Assembly (NCBI GenBank): GCA_000004695.1
Contig: CM000151.3
Coordinates: forward strand, 2,048,001-2,112,000
Source of the DNA: Dictyostelium discoideum
Lineage: Eukaryota
Direction of reading: 5' to 3'
Length of the DNA stretch: 64,000 bases
The position numbers were made by a program, and so were the translations under genes. Positions 34,520 through 50,114 of the stretch are shown in pieces. The number at the start of each line of letters is the position of its first letter. Position 1 is the first letter of the stretch. The notes under the pieces are model-generated. The model did not search any database. It was given only the letters and a program-made list of their open reading frames with translations, and was not told the origin of the DNA.

Positions 34520-35841
34520 ATTAAAAATACTATTTTTATTATTATATGAACTATTATTATATAAATTATTATTATATAAATTATTTAAACAATCTTTAAT
34601 ATCATCAGAAGATTGTAGTTTTAATTCTGAATTAAAGAAATGATTATTTCTAAAGGTATTAATTAATTTATATTTAAGAGGAGATATATTTCCGCTATTG
34701 TTATTGTTATTATTATTACTATTATTATTATTAAATAGCTCTTCATAAAATTCAATTGATCTATTTGGAAGTATATTAAAAAATAAAGTTGGAGAGAATT
34801 GTAATTGTGATTGTTGATAAGGTGTTAATTTTGATTTATCAGTTTTAGTATTAAATAGAGTTGTTAGAGTATCAATTGCATCTGATTTTCTAAATTCTTT
34901 CTCCATTCTCTTTCTATCCATTATATTAAAATGTGGTGTTTCCTTATAAATTGGATGATAAATGGTTGGAAATAAATGTTTATTCGAATAGTCAATTAAT
35001 AATATACCAAATAATAATGGTACTGGTGGTAATGGATTCTTTAAAATATTTGAATAATTTTGAATTTTTAATAATTCTCTTTCAATTTCACAAATATCAA
35101 AATTATTATCATTATTACTATTATTATTATTATTATTATTATTTAGAAATCTAATTGGAAAATTCTTAAAAACTTCTGATGAAATAACTGATTTAATTGG
35201 AAAACTAAAATTAAAATCATTACATTTACCACCAAAATAATTTATGTGCCAAATTAAACCATAAAGATAATGATTTAATAAAATGTCTTTTTTACTATAA
35301 GCTGCTGCTGTAGTTGTTGTTGTTGTTATTGTTTCCTTTTCATTCATTTTAACATCTCCATCTTCATTTTCAATTTCATTTTCAATTTCATTCTCATTTT
35401 CAATTTCATTCTCATTTTCAATTTCATTTTCTTCAAAATCTTCATCTTCGTCTTGATTATCATCTTCATCTTCATCATTCTCATTACAACCATCATCCTC
35501 TTCTTCACTATTATCATCAGCATCATTATCATTACAACCATTTTTAACAGAAGTGAATAAATTGTATAATTTATAAATATATTTCTCTTTAATAATATTT
35601 ATATTTGATTCCCAAAATGGATGATTTATAGATAAAAATGATCTAATTAAATAATCTATATCATTTGATGAATCTACTATTTTATTTTCAATGATGATAT
35701 TATATCTTGTTTTTATTTTACTATTACTACCATTTCCCTTATCTTTTTCACATTTAAAATTTTGAGTTGGTTGACTTATTCCTTTTGATAAACAATAATA
35801 ATTACCTGCGTTATTAAATAATGATTTTAATATTTGAGGTG

Positions 35842-35937
<96 letters not shown>

Positions 35938-35970
35938 GCTGTTGCTGTTGTTGATTATTGTTAACATCGC

Positions 35971-36055
<85 letters not shown>

Positions 36056-37389
36056 AAAACGATTACGATAAAATAAACGTGGTTGTGAAGATTTTCCAAT
36101 TAATCTAAATAATAAATCTAAATTTATTAAACCTGTTTCTTCATTATATAATGGTTTCTTAATTTTACAATATTCACTCCATGCTGAGCCTATATTATAT
36201 GATGATACTTTTGGTAAATGATCAGTACCCATTAAAAATGTTAACATTACGAAATCAACTATTGCTTGTCTTCTTTTACTAATATCTTCTTCTTCCTCTT
36301 CTTCTTCCTCCTCTTCTTCTTCAATTTGCACCCCTTCTTCTTTTTCCTCTGTTGCTATTCCTTCACCTTCTCCTTCCACTTCTCCTCCTGATTTTTTTTG
36401 TTGTTTTTGTTTTTTTTGTTTCTTTTTATAACATTGTTGATAAATTTTATCTCTAATTTTATCAATTTTAATAATTTCTTCAGAATCTTTATTATAAATA
36501 TAAACATTTTTATATTTTGATAATAATGAAAATAATAAAATATCTGAATCACTAATAATAATAATAATAATAATAAAAATAATATTAATAAATGATTGAT
36601 GATAAACTATTATTATTATTGTTATTATTATTATTTTAATTAATACATACCTTGAAACTATTGTAAATGAATCATTTATTGGATAATTTGAATTTAAAAT
36701 TTGTTCGAAAATTTTAAATTCTCCTTCACCAATTCTATCAGATGCAGAAATAAAAATCTTTTTTGCAAAATATAATTTATTCTTTGTATAAAATATTAAA
36801 AAATCTTTTAATTTACCCATAAATGTAGTACCTGGTGTGAATTCTAATGTTGAGAATGAGCTATCAAATGATTTTAAATCATTTTCATTTAAATAATCAT
36901 AATCGTGAAGTTGAGGTGATTGTTGTTGTTGCTGTTGTTGCTGTTGTTGTTGCTCTTTATTTCTATTTATAAAATATTTTAATTTATCTATATTCCCATT
37001 CTATATAATAATAAATAATAATAATAATAATAAAAATGTTGTATACTACTATTAGTAATTGATGTATATATTTTATATTTTATATTTTATATTTTTACCT
37101 TTAATCTTCTTTCTCTTTGTAATATCATTTTTGATCTAGGACCAGGACCATCAATACCAAAGAATACGGAATGTTTAACACGAACTTTTCTTAAAATTCC
37201 ATCTATAAAAGATTTTAATATTCTAAAAACATTTACTTCTGTATTTAATTTGGAATTATCTCCCCTTTTAACTGATTTATGTAAATAATTATTTAAATCT
37301 ATATATACATGATCGGTGGTAATTTCTTTTACTTTTTCAACACAACCAAATTGTTTACCCATGAATAAATTTAATCCCTCAATACCCAT
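33848..37389 (-). CDS. XRN-family 5'-3' exo(ribo)nuclease-like protein, divergent, about 1114 aa with very long poly-Q/poly-N/acidic inserts; 3 exons
   Basis: Exon 1 is 37389..37099, intron 37098..37001, exon 2 37000..36651, intron 36650..36552 and exon 3 36551..33848. Phases check (291+350+2704 = 3345 nt). Conserved XRN N-terminal-domain motifs are present: YIDLNNYLH (compare YLDMNGIIH), GIDGPGPRSKMILQRERR (compare AIDGVAPRAKMNQQRSRR), TPGTTFM, IGEGEFKI (compare PGEGEHKI), ISDSDILL (compare GLDADLIM), FLMGTDHLP (compare FVGNDFLPH) and YGLIWHINYF. The N-terminus MGIEGLNLFMGK is not the canonical MGVPKFFRW. Confidence 0.65.
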
Positions 37390-37672
37390 TTTATTTTATT
37401 TTATTTTCTTTTTTTTTTTTTATTATATATATATTATTACGTTTTTTTTTTTTTTTTTTTAATTTTTTTTTTAAAAAGTTTATGGCGAATCGGATTCCTA
37501 ATACACAAAAATAAATAAAAATAATAAACAAAAAATAAAAAAATAAAAATGTAAAAAAAAATAAAAAAATAAAAAATGTAAAAAAAATAAAAAAAAAAAT
37601 AAATTTTCGTTTTTTCTATTTTTTTTTATTTTCAATTTTTAATCAAACCGTTACCAAACTGTTATTTTTCTT

Positions 37673-37717
<45 letters not shown>

Positions 37718-37727
37718 TATTATTATT

Positions 37728-39495
37728 TTATAAAGAGGTACCACTAAATATGGAGAAAGGGTTAGATGGAGTATTCTGATTTTGATTTATTGTGATTGGT
37801 GACCACTCTCCAAATAATGATTGTGATTGTGACTGTGATTGTGGTTGTGTTTGTGGTTGTGACAATTGATTAAATTGTTTTGTTGGATTATTTTGTTGTT
37901 GAACTGATAATGGCCCAAATGATGTAAAAGGTAGTTGTTGTTGCTGTTGTATTTGTTGTTGTTCATTTTCATCATCTTTAAAGTTTGAAATTGTATTAAA
38001 CATTTCCCTTAATGATTTCAAATTACCTTGATTATCATTGTTTTTAATGTTATCATCATCTTCCTCATCTTCATTATTATTATTATTATTATTGTTGTTA
38101 TTGTTATTATTATTATTATTTTTATCAGAAGTTGAGGTTGTTGTTGTTGTAGTTGTGAATATTGATTTATTTGATAACTTTTGAATTTGATTTTGAATTT
38201 GATTTTGAATTTGATTTTGTTGTTGTTGGTGTTCTAGTATTAAAACTCTTTTCATTAAATCTTGAATTAATTTATCCTTTTTTTTATTCTCTTTATAGAA
38301 AGAATCTCTAGTTAATGAATTTGAATGTTTTATTATTGAAATTTCGAAATTCTGATTCACATTATTTTGTTGAATTATAGTTTCAAGTTTTTTAATTTTA
38401 TTTTCTTGTTTCTTTAATACAATCGATACCAATTCATTATGATATTGATGATTTCTAATGAAATGTTTTGATAATTCACTCCTTTTCATTAATTCATTAC
38501 ATGGTGATAATGGTATTATTGATGATGATAAAGATGATGATGATAATGATTGATTTGAGTTGTTTTCATCACTATCATTATTATCATTATCATTATTATT
38601 ATTATTATAAATAATTTTTAATGATTTAAATGGACATTCAATTTTAATTTCTTTACAATGATTTTCAATATGATTTTGTAATTTTAATCTTGTAAATTGT
38701 AAAGAACAATGTTGACAAGTAATTAAAACTTTTAAACATTCAAAGAGGATATGACCTTGCATTTGTTTCATTTGAACAGATTCATCACAATGGGTACATT
38801 TTTGAATGATGAAATCACATTGACTTTCATGTTTATCCCTTTCATTAAATCTAATTATTTCATTACATTGATTATTTATTGAACATTTGATAAATCTAAA
38901 TTCACATTTACTTTCATGTCTATCAATTTCATCAATTGTAATAATTTCTTTACATCCATTAAAGTTATTACTATTATCAAAATTTAAATAATTTGGACAA
39001 TGAATCTGCAATAATAAATTTTGAAATTATTAAATTGTTAAATATGTTAATTTTAATATTAATTTTTTTTTTGGAAAATGTGAATGTGTGTGTGTTGGGA
39101 AGCGTGAGATTCAACTTGGGAAATTTTATTTTATTTTTTTTTTTTTAAAAAAAGATTTATTTAATATATATAAAAGTTACTTTAATAGATTCAGATATTG
39201 ATTTAATAATAAATAAATTATTTGAAAGAGTATTCATTGATTGAATTTGAATTCTGCAAGTTGGACATTCACTTTTAATTTCTAATATACTTTCCCAACA
39301 AGTTAAACAAAAACAATGACCATTAATACATTGTAATGCTTTCATTCTATTTGGTATTAAACTACTAATAAGTAAACCTTCACAAATTTGACATTTAAAA
39401 TTATCTGAAAATGAAATTTCTTTTAAATTATTTTCTATACTTTCATTTTTTATTATTATAAGTTTATAAATTGGTATATCTCTACCCAATTTCAT
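37728..39495 (-). CDS. RING-finger + TRAF-type zinc-finger protein (TRAF-like E3 ligase), 530 aa, 2 exons
   Basis: Exon 1 is 39495..39181 with the C3HC4 RING CQICEGLL...CINGHCFCLTCWESILEIKSECPTCR (GTAACT donor), the intron 39180..39006 and exon 2 39005..37728. Exon 2 carries repeated TRAF-type C/H zinc-finger units (HCPNY..C..H..C.F..C...C....R..H...C, three times), a coiled coil, and N-rich and (QNQI)n tails. Confidence 0.7.
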
Positions 39496-40079
39496 TATTT
39501 TTTTTTTAATATTTATTTTTTAATTTTCTTTTTTAGTAAAAAAAAAAAGAGAAAATGGAAAAAAAAAAAATAATAATAAAAAAAGGTAAGTTGAAAAAAA
39601 AAAAAAAAAAAAATTAAAAATTAAAAAATTACTTTTTTATCAATAGATCTGTTTTGAAGTTTATTTAATAATTATTTTATATTATTATAGAGTATTTATC
39701 AATAATCTATAACTATTTTTTTGGAATTAAAAAAAATTAAAAAAATTAAAAAAACATATCAGAATAAAAAATTTAAAAATATCAAAAAAAGAATAATAAT
39801 AGGATTTTTATTAAAGCTTTAATCACATCAGAATTAAATTACCATTTAAAGGGCTTTAATTCTAAAAAAAAAAAAAAAAATGAAATAAATAAAAAACATT
39901 TTTAAAAATTAAAATAAAATGAATAAAATGAAATAAACCAAAAATTTTAAAAAAAAACAGATAATATATTTTATTTTATTTTATTTTATTTTATTTTATT
40001 TTGTTTTATTTTATTTTATTACTATAATTTTTTATAGTATTTATACTATTACAGATATTAAATCTTGAGATTAGAATGA

Positions 40080-41768
40080 TTAAGGTGTATTAGTACCACC
40101 AGATAAATTGATATGATTACTACCATTTATACTACCATTACTACTACTACTTGGAATACTTCCACCATTGTTATTATTATTATTAATAATTGGTGATTGT
40201 GGCATACCAGTACTACCATTAATTAATTGAGGTATTGATTGTTGTGGTACATTCATTGCTTGTAATAATAAATCCAATTTAGTATTTAAAATATTAATAT
40301 TTTGTTGAATTGACTCAAATTTCTTCTTTTCCTTTATTTTAGCTTCCTTTTTCCAAGTATCTAAATCTTTTTTATGAACTTGTTGACCCATTAATTTCAA
40401 TTCAAAAGTTACACCAGTATTTTTAGCGGATTGAATTTGATCCAAATACTTTATTCTTGCCCTTTGAACTTTCATTAATAAATCTGCATAATCACATAAT
40501 GTCTCCTTCATCCTTAATACTTGGTTGAATTATCATAATTTCATCTTTAAATCTCGATGGATCAATACCATCAGTTTCAATTAAACCTGGCTTTTGATCA
40601 ATAAACATTAACACTAAATCATAAATGTCAAGTGAATTTGGAGTGAATAATAATAACAATGATTTCATTGTTCTCTCCCATCTAGTTAATAAATATCTCT
40701 TTGTTTTTTGTTTCTTTTCAAATGTATTACTAATATTTTGATAAGAATCTGAAATGATTGCAACAAACATATTAACTAAAATGAAAAACATAAAAATTGT
40801 AAATAATAAATAATACTATATATAATAACATCAAAAAAATAAAATAAAATATAATTATTAGTATATCTTTAATAATAATAATAGTAATAATTATAATTAT
40901 ACTTACAATTGGACCTAATGCTCTATTTGTATATGACATTGCTTCATAATCTGGTGGATTACCAATAATGAATTGTAATAATGTACCAAGACTAGTAACG
41001 AAGCCATTGAATGAGGCAATATCAGTACCAAAAGTTAACCAACCTGAAAATAAGAAACCCAACATCATAATACAAAACATAATTGTAAATGTAATTAATT
41101 GAAGTCTAGATTGTGAAATTGCAATCCATAAAATATATAATCTTCTATGTACTACTAAAAATCTAAATGTTTTAAATGACATTAATAAAATATCTTAATA
41201 ATAAAAATAAAAAATAAAAAATTAAAATTAATAAAACTAAATAATATTAAAATAGGTATTTTAAAAAATAATAAAAAATAATAATTACTAATTGCAGAAA
41301 TTTGGTATAAAACCAATGCAGTTTGACCTAAATTTTCAAGATATAATGGATAATCAGTAGTAGTTTGAATTTGAGAATTAATATTTAAATCTCTTGAATT
41401 GTCCCCTAAAAATGCTAAATATAATGCAATTGAAGCAATAAATAACTATTAAAAAAAAAAAAAAAAAAAGAAAATTAGTACTTTTTTATTTTTTATTTTA
41501 TTTTATTTTATTTTTTATGTAAACTTACAGTTAAATTTATAACATCGAAAATATTCTTAAAATTTGAAATATAGAATTTAAATCTACCCAATTTAAAGTC
41601 AATTCTAGCTTCATTAACAAAGTAATAGAAATAATATAAAATAAAAATAAAAAAGGAAACTTCTAAAAATCCTCTAAATTTATCCAATGCATCCATATAT
41701 AATTGAATTCTATAAGTTCTAATTGAATAATAGGGATTAACTGATCCTGATGCTGTCCACTCTGTTAA

Positions 41769-41808
<40 letters not shown>

Positions 41809-42097
41809 AGTTTTTTTTATTTTATTTTATTTATATAAAAATTATTAATTATTAATTATATTACCATTGTAAATACTGAAGTTCTAGATTGGAAATTTAA
41901 ATTTAATGTTGAGAATGAAATTATAACAGATCTAGTTTGAATATCGAAAAAACCATTATCAATTAATGATTCAACCCCTGTTTTAATATCTGAAACTGGT
42001 ATATCAATATAATATCCACTACGATCCCATACATATTGATTATGACCTAATTTTATTATTATCATTATTTTTGGTAAATTATTTATTTAATTAATAA

Positions 42098-42147
<50 letters not shown>

Positions 42148-42413
42148 CAAAAAAACATACCAAAAACATAAGAACCATGTGAATTTGAAGTATAGGTATA
42201 CATATCATTAGGACCAAATGGTGATCTATCTTTTGTATCTTTATCATAATTATTTGAGTAACATGTTAAATTAAAACCATTATTACTACATGAATCAGGT
42301 TTTACTCTTGCAGTTCTAATTCTAATTACATTTCCAATAATTTTATTCATTGCATCATTATTTTCCAATGACATATCTGATATTGATTCACAAAATGTTG
42401 AATTTAAATACTG

Positions 42414-42453
<40 letters not shown>

Positions 42454-42794
42454 AGTAAAATTTATTAAATTAAATAAATATTAAAATAATATTATTTACA
42501 GTTATAAAATCAGATGGATTATTAATTTCAAGGTATTGGCTATCTTGACTAAATAAAATTTGATTTTTTAGGGATGTATTGATAATGAATAATGATTGAG
42601 GATTTAATTGAAGTACAACGATTAATACGAATACAACAAAGAATACAAGGTGAATAATTAAATCTTTAACTAATCTTGCATTTCTTTGAGTTTCAACTGC
42701 TGCCAATAATGTTGCTTTCTCTTCTCTGGTTTTATTCTCTAATGCTTTAACAGCTTCAAGTCTTTGAGAGAAAACTGTCCTCTTTAATGTATTC

Positions 42795-42796
<2 letters not shown>
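40080..42796 (-). CDS. pkd2: Polycystin-2 (PKD2/TRPP) cation channel homologue, 7 exons; C-terminal coiled-coil tail is in a different frame (apparent frameshift)
   Basis: Exons: 42796..42500, 42410..42161, 42046..41865, 41768..41529, 41445..41289, 41193..40907 (1413 nt, phases consistent) and 40815..40492. Beyond that is a 143-aa coiled-coil/low-complexity ORF 40511..40080 in the +1 frame. The first six donors are GTAAAT, GTATGT, GTAATA, GTAAGT, GTAATT and GTAAGT. The pore/S6 region YYLLFTIFMFFILVNMFVAIISDSY matches human PKD2 [25 protein letters not shown]. A polycystin-domain and an S1 region are present. Confidence 0.75.
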
Positions 42797-42843
<47 letters not shown>

Positions 42844-44079
42844 TTTATATTATTAAATTCGAATAGGTTGAAATATAAATATAAAAAAGGATAAAAATTA
42901 ATATATGAAAAAAAAAAAAATTATAAAAAGGAGGGAGATAAAAGTGAAAAAGTCTTTTTTTCTTTTTTTCTTTTTTTTTTTTTTTTTTGAATTTTATGTT
43001 TTTTTTTTTTTTTTTTTAATTTTTTTTTTTTTTCCTATTTTTTTATTTTATATTATTTTAATTTTATATTTTGATTTTTTTTTTTTTTTGATTTTTTGAT
43101 TTTTTAATTGATCAATAATAAATTTAAAAATAGAACAGACTTTAAAAAAAAACTTAAAAAAAAAATAATAAAAATAAAAAAAAATAAAAATAAAACAATT
43201 TAAAAAAAAAATATAAATAATAAAATTAATTTTACATTTTTTTTAGTCAAATTATTGTTTAAATATTTAAACAATAAAATTTACCACACAAAAAGTTGTT
43301 TATTTTTTTTTTTTTTTTTTTTTTAAGTGATAAAAAAAGAAAAAAAATAAATAAAAAAAAAAAAAAATAAAAAAAAAACAAAAAAAAATTAAAAAAAAAA
43401 AAATGTAATTTTAGTAACCCCCTTGATTGGGTCAGTCTTCTATTTTTAGGAAATTAGAGAACTTAAAAAAAATAAGTTGTGAAAATAAGGTTGTATAAAA
43501 AAAAAAATAAAAAAAATTAAAAAAAAATGAAAATTTTTGGTAATGGTTTGTCGTTGCATGAAAGAGAAAAAAAAAAAAAAAAAAAGATATTTTCATTTGG
43601 AAAAAAAAAATTTTTTTAAAAAATATTGATGAAAACATTAAAATCTAACACTCAAAAAAAAAAAAAAATGAAAATACATTTTTAATTTTAGTTTAATTTT
43701 TTTATAGAAAAATAAAAAAAAAAAAAAAAATGGTGAATGTAATCATTCTAGTTCGTCAAAATAAAAAAACAATCAGAAAAAATGGATGATAAAAAATTTT
43801 AAAAATAAAATAAAAAAAAAAAAAAAAAAAATTCAAAAAAACAGAATGGTTATATTCATTTTTTTTATGTATAATATCATTTTGTTTATTTTTGAGTGAT
43901 CTATTTTTAAATACTAAATCCATATTAAAAATAAATATAATTAAATCAATGTGTGACAAAAAAAAAAATAAAAAAAAAATAAAAACAAAAAAAAAAAAAA
44001 AATTAAAATATTTTTTTGCAATGATTAAATTTTTATTTTTCCGTATTTTTTTATTTTTTTTTTTTTTAATTTGCCAAAA

Positions 44080-46128
<2,049 letters not shown>

Positions 46129-46379
46129 AAAAAATATAGTAATTATAATAATAATTATTTATTAATAAATAAAAATAAAAACTTTTTTAATTTTTTTTTT
46201 TTTAAATTATAAAAGGAAATTTTAATGTCGCTTTATTTCATTTTTTTTTTTTTTTTTTATTCGGATTACTATTTGATTTAAATTTAAATTTCTTTTACTT
46301 TTTTTTTTTTGAATTTCTTTTTTTTTTTTTGACTTTTTTTTTTTTTTTTTATTATTATTAAAAACTATTAAAATATTAA

Positions 46380-47226
46380 TTACATAATGATACATTTTTC
46401 TTTTTTTTCTTTAACTGGTGCACCTTCTTTCTTATATTTCTCTTTAATTCTTTTAACGATACTAAAGAAAACATTATCAACATTGATTCTATCCTTTGAA
46501 GAAGCTTCCCAGAAATCACAATTTGGATAAGAGTTGGCCAACTGTTTACCTTCGTTGGTTGAAACTTCTCTGTGAGCGTCTAAATCTATTTTGTTACCAA
46601 CTAAAACAATTGGTACTTCTTCTTCTTCTTTAACTCTAAATAATTGTTCGACGATATCTTTAATTTCTAAAAATGTTGATTTAACAAGAATACTGTACAC
46701 TAATATAAAACCTTCAGCATTTTTCATATATAATTCTCTCATTGCTACTAATACTTCTGAACCTGCTGTATCTAATACTTCAATACATACTTGTTCACCA
46801 TCTAATTCAAATGTTTTTGTATATGTATCTTCTACTGTTGGATCATACTATTTTATATTAATAAATTAATAAAAAAAAAAAAATAATAATTAATTAATTA
46901 ATTTATATTAATTAAAGGGAAGAAAGAAAAAAAAAATTTTGGTTAGCAAGAATTGGTTTTGTATGGGAAAAAAAAAATTTTGGAAAAAAAAAAAATCTAT
47001 TTTTTCGTTCTTTTTTTTTTTTTTTTTTTTTTGCGAGGGCACATAAAAAAAAAAAAAAATCAAATCAAACACCTACTTTATCAATGAAAACTCCTTGAGT
47101 GAATTGAACAGTGAGTGCTGATTTACCAACTGAACCAGCGCCCATTACTGCGACAAAGAATTTTGTTTTTGTTGAAGATTTCTCTGAACCTTTTGAATCT
47201 TTTGATTTACCATTTCCCTTACCCAT
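46380..47226 (-). CDS. Rap/Ras-family small GTPase with 22-aa Lys/Ser-rich N-terminal extension and CAAX end (CIIM); 205 aa, 2 exons
   Basis: Exon 1 is 47226..47077 ([56 protein letters not shown] donor), the intron 47076..46848 and exon 2 46847..46380. Exon 2 begins [11 protein letters not shown]...[28 protein letters not shown]...LVGNKIDL...SSK... The AMRELYMKN signature is Rap-like. Confidence 0.8.
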
Positions 47227-47326
47227 TTTTATTTATTTATTTTATTTTATATTTTTTATTTTATTTTTTTTCTTTTTATATATATACTATAGGTTTTTTT
47301 TTTTTTTTTTTTTTATTATTACAATT

Positions 47327-47370
<44 letters not shown>

Positions 47371-47689
47371 ATCTTTATTTCCAAATGGATGAAAAAAAAA
47401 AAATGAATTAAAAAAAAATATATAAAGGTGAAGAACAACATTTTTTTTTTTGATTTTTTTTTTTTTTTTTTTTTAAAAAAAGAATAAAAAAAAAAAAAAA
47501 AATTTTCATGAAAAAAAAAAAAAAAAAAATCAAAAAAAAAAAAAAAAAAAAAAAAAAAGATTCAAAAAAAGTTTGTGTGTGATGAATAACGATTATGGTA
47601 GTTATTTTTAAACTACATTCACCATCAATAAATCTAATATTAGATAATCATTGAATTTAATTATTATTTAATTAATTGTTATAAAAAAA

Positions 47690-47875
47690 ATTATTTTTAT
47701 TATTATTTATTATTTTATTTTTATTTTTATTTTTACTTTTATTTTTATTTTTATTTTTATTTTTATTTTTATTTTTATTTTTATACATATCTTTTTTTTT
47801 TATTTTTATTTTTATTTTTATTTTTATTTTTATTTTTATTTTTATTTTTATTTTTTTATTTTTTTTTTTTTTACC
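47690..47875. repeat. (TTTTTA)n/(TAAAAA)n minisatellite, about 28 units with a few variants, intergenic
   Basis: Seen directly (tttttatttttattttta...). It gives a poly-(KI)/(KN) artefact ORF on the minus strand. Confidence 0.85.
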
Positions 47876-48456
47876 CGACATAAAACTTATCTTGTAATTT
47901 TATTCATTTGATGTTTTTATTTGAAATTGTGCTTGTAAAATGTTTCTGTTCTCAGTTTTTTGTGAATTAACAATTTAATCTTTGCTGAAATTTAATGATA
48001 TTGTAAATTGGGGTGCGAATTTTTTTATTTTTTTATTAAAATAATTTAATTTTTTTTTTTATAACCACAAAAATGTTTTTATCAAAAAAAAGAAATTCCT
48101 TTAAGGGTTATTTAATATCTAAAAAAAAAAAAAAAAAAAAAAAAAATTATATATAAAAAAATAATTAAAAATGAAAAAATTAAAAATTAATCCTTATACA
48201 AGTTTGATTGTTTTTTTTTTTTTTTATCTGATAGAACTAGTTTTTTATATTTGGTAATTTTTGTTTTTTCAAACAAAAACATTAAATAATTTTTATTAAT
48301 CAACTTCCTTTAATATTTGTTTTTTATTTGTTTTTTATTTTTTTTTTTTTAACCTTTTTTTAAATCATTAATCAAAATAGTTAAAAATAAAAAAAATAAA
48401 TAAAATTAGGAAAGGTTTTTTAAGGTAAATTTATAAACAATTGTCGTCATAAATAA

Positions 48457-48504
<48 letters not shown>

Positions 48505-48725
48505 ATAATTAAAATCAATTATTTATTAAATATAAAAATGATAATTAAAATGTCAATTTAAATTGATTTACTAATTAATTTTATATTATATTTTTTTAAA
48601 TCTTTTATAATATTAAAAGGACAACCAGAAATTGATGTTTCATTTTGAAGGCAGTTTTAGAATGAATGGTACAAATCGCCTTCTTAGAGCATCGAAAAAT
48701 ATAGGAAGATAAGAAAATTGATTTA

Positions 48726-49355
48726 ATGGCATCAATTGGTACTGGAAAATTCAAAAATGAACCAACTTTTGGTAAGAATATTAAAGAAATATTGATACTT
48801 TTAGAAAGAAGTATAGCTGAAAGTGAGAAACAATGGGTTGATCTTGTTTCGGAAAATAAAAATTTAGTGGATGTAAATGCTTTTAGAATTAATAAGTTAT
48901 TTGATAATAAAATAGGTTTGGATGTCAAAGATAATAAAAGCTTTGAACTTCTAAAAAAAACTGTACACGAATTTAAAACTGAAAGACCAGTAATCGATTT
49001 GGTTTGCAAATCAATTTCATGTTTATTTTATCTCTCAGATTTACAATTATCAAGTATAATTACCAATCTTCCAAATGAAATTATTGCTCAATTAAAAGAT
49101 TCCACTGTTCCATTCGCATATAGATTAGAAAATAGTTCACTAAAAAATGTTCAAATTCAAAAAAGACATTATTTATCATCAAATCGTCCAATAGAATTAG
49201 TTTGTTGTATTCTATATCTACCTGCCAACATTGATATTATTTGTAAGGTTGTCCCCAAATCTAAATTTTTAAATGAAACATCAATATCTGGATGTCCTTT
49301 TGATTTGGAAATGGATTCATCTTTTTATGGTATTAAAAAGAAATTATCGTTATAA
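48726..49355 (+). CDS. Hypothetical protein, 209 aa, no recognised domain
   Basis: ORF with normal Dictyostelium codon usage and GC above background. An in-frame TAG lies 21 nt upstream of the ATG. A short upstream ORF (48633..48710, MFHFEGSFRMNGTNRLLRASKNIGR) may indicate a missed 5' exon. Confidence 0.35.
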   Translation: MASIGTGKFKNEPTFGKNIKEILILLERSIAESEKQWVDLVSENKNLVDVNAFRINKLFDNKIGLDVKDNKSFELLKKTVHEFKTERPVIDLVCKSISCLFYLSDLQLSSIITNLPNEIIAQLKDSTVPFAYRLENSSLKNVQIQKRHYLSSNRPIELVCCILYLPANIDIICKVVPKSKFLNETSISGCPFDLEMDSSFYGIKKKLSL

Positions 49356-49425
49356 AATTAAAAACAATTTAAATCTTAATATTTTTTTTTTTTTTTTTTT
49401 ATTTTATTTTTTTAAATGTGGTACC

Positions 49426-49752
49426 TTATTTTCTTTTAATGGTTAATTTGACGGTACCATCAACAACTTCTGATCCATTGAAGAATTCGAGAGTACCATC
49501 GTAACCCTTTGAACGTACGGTATTCATTGATATGATCGAACGACCAATAAAGTCATTTTTACTTAAGACATCATGATCCCAAAGTTCAACGATGATATCT
49601 GTTACATTATCTTTAACAAAGAAATTTTCAACTTGATTCCATGTTGGAGTAAGTGTTTTCTTACATACATTACTTTTGAATAAAATTTTTGAAAATGAAT
49701 TATCTGGTTTAATGGCAATAATAACAAGGTATGGATCTGAAAAACCTAATTT

Positions 49753-49804
<52 letters not shown>

Positions 49805-50078
49805 GACTATTATTGTGAGTTTAATATTTCATAAGGTATAAATTACCATTGTTATCAGTTGCATTGGTAACAGTTCCCTCTATTAAATTGATGGTGTATG
49901 GACTTTGGGTAACAACTGGCTTTGGTGGTTTTGGTGTATTAACCTTTACAGCTTTTTTTTCTTTTTGTTTGTTTTCACGTAAAAGATATCCTAATGGTCC
50001 ACTTCTTCCACCCATGTTACCTTGTTTAACTGTTATTAATTAATATAAAAGTTAATATTTAAATAATAATTTAATTTT

Positions 50079-50114
<36 letters not shown>

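Noticed and set aside
34030-36099. Poly-V/L, poly-I and poly-N ORFs (34030..34299, 35827..36099, 35843..36076)
   Set aside because: Other frames of the (CAA)n/(AAT)n repeats encoding poly-Q/poly-N in the XRN-like gene.
47575-47660. C-box-like GTGATGA upstream of the Rap-like gene (possible C/D snoRNA)
   Set aside because: No D box (CUGA) or terminal stem within 60-200 nt, so it is insufficient for a snoRNA call.
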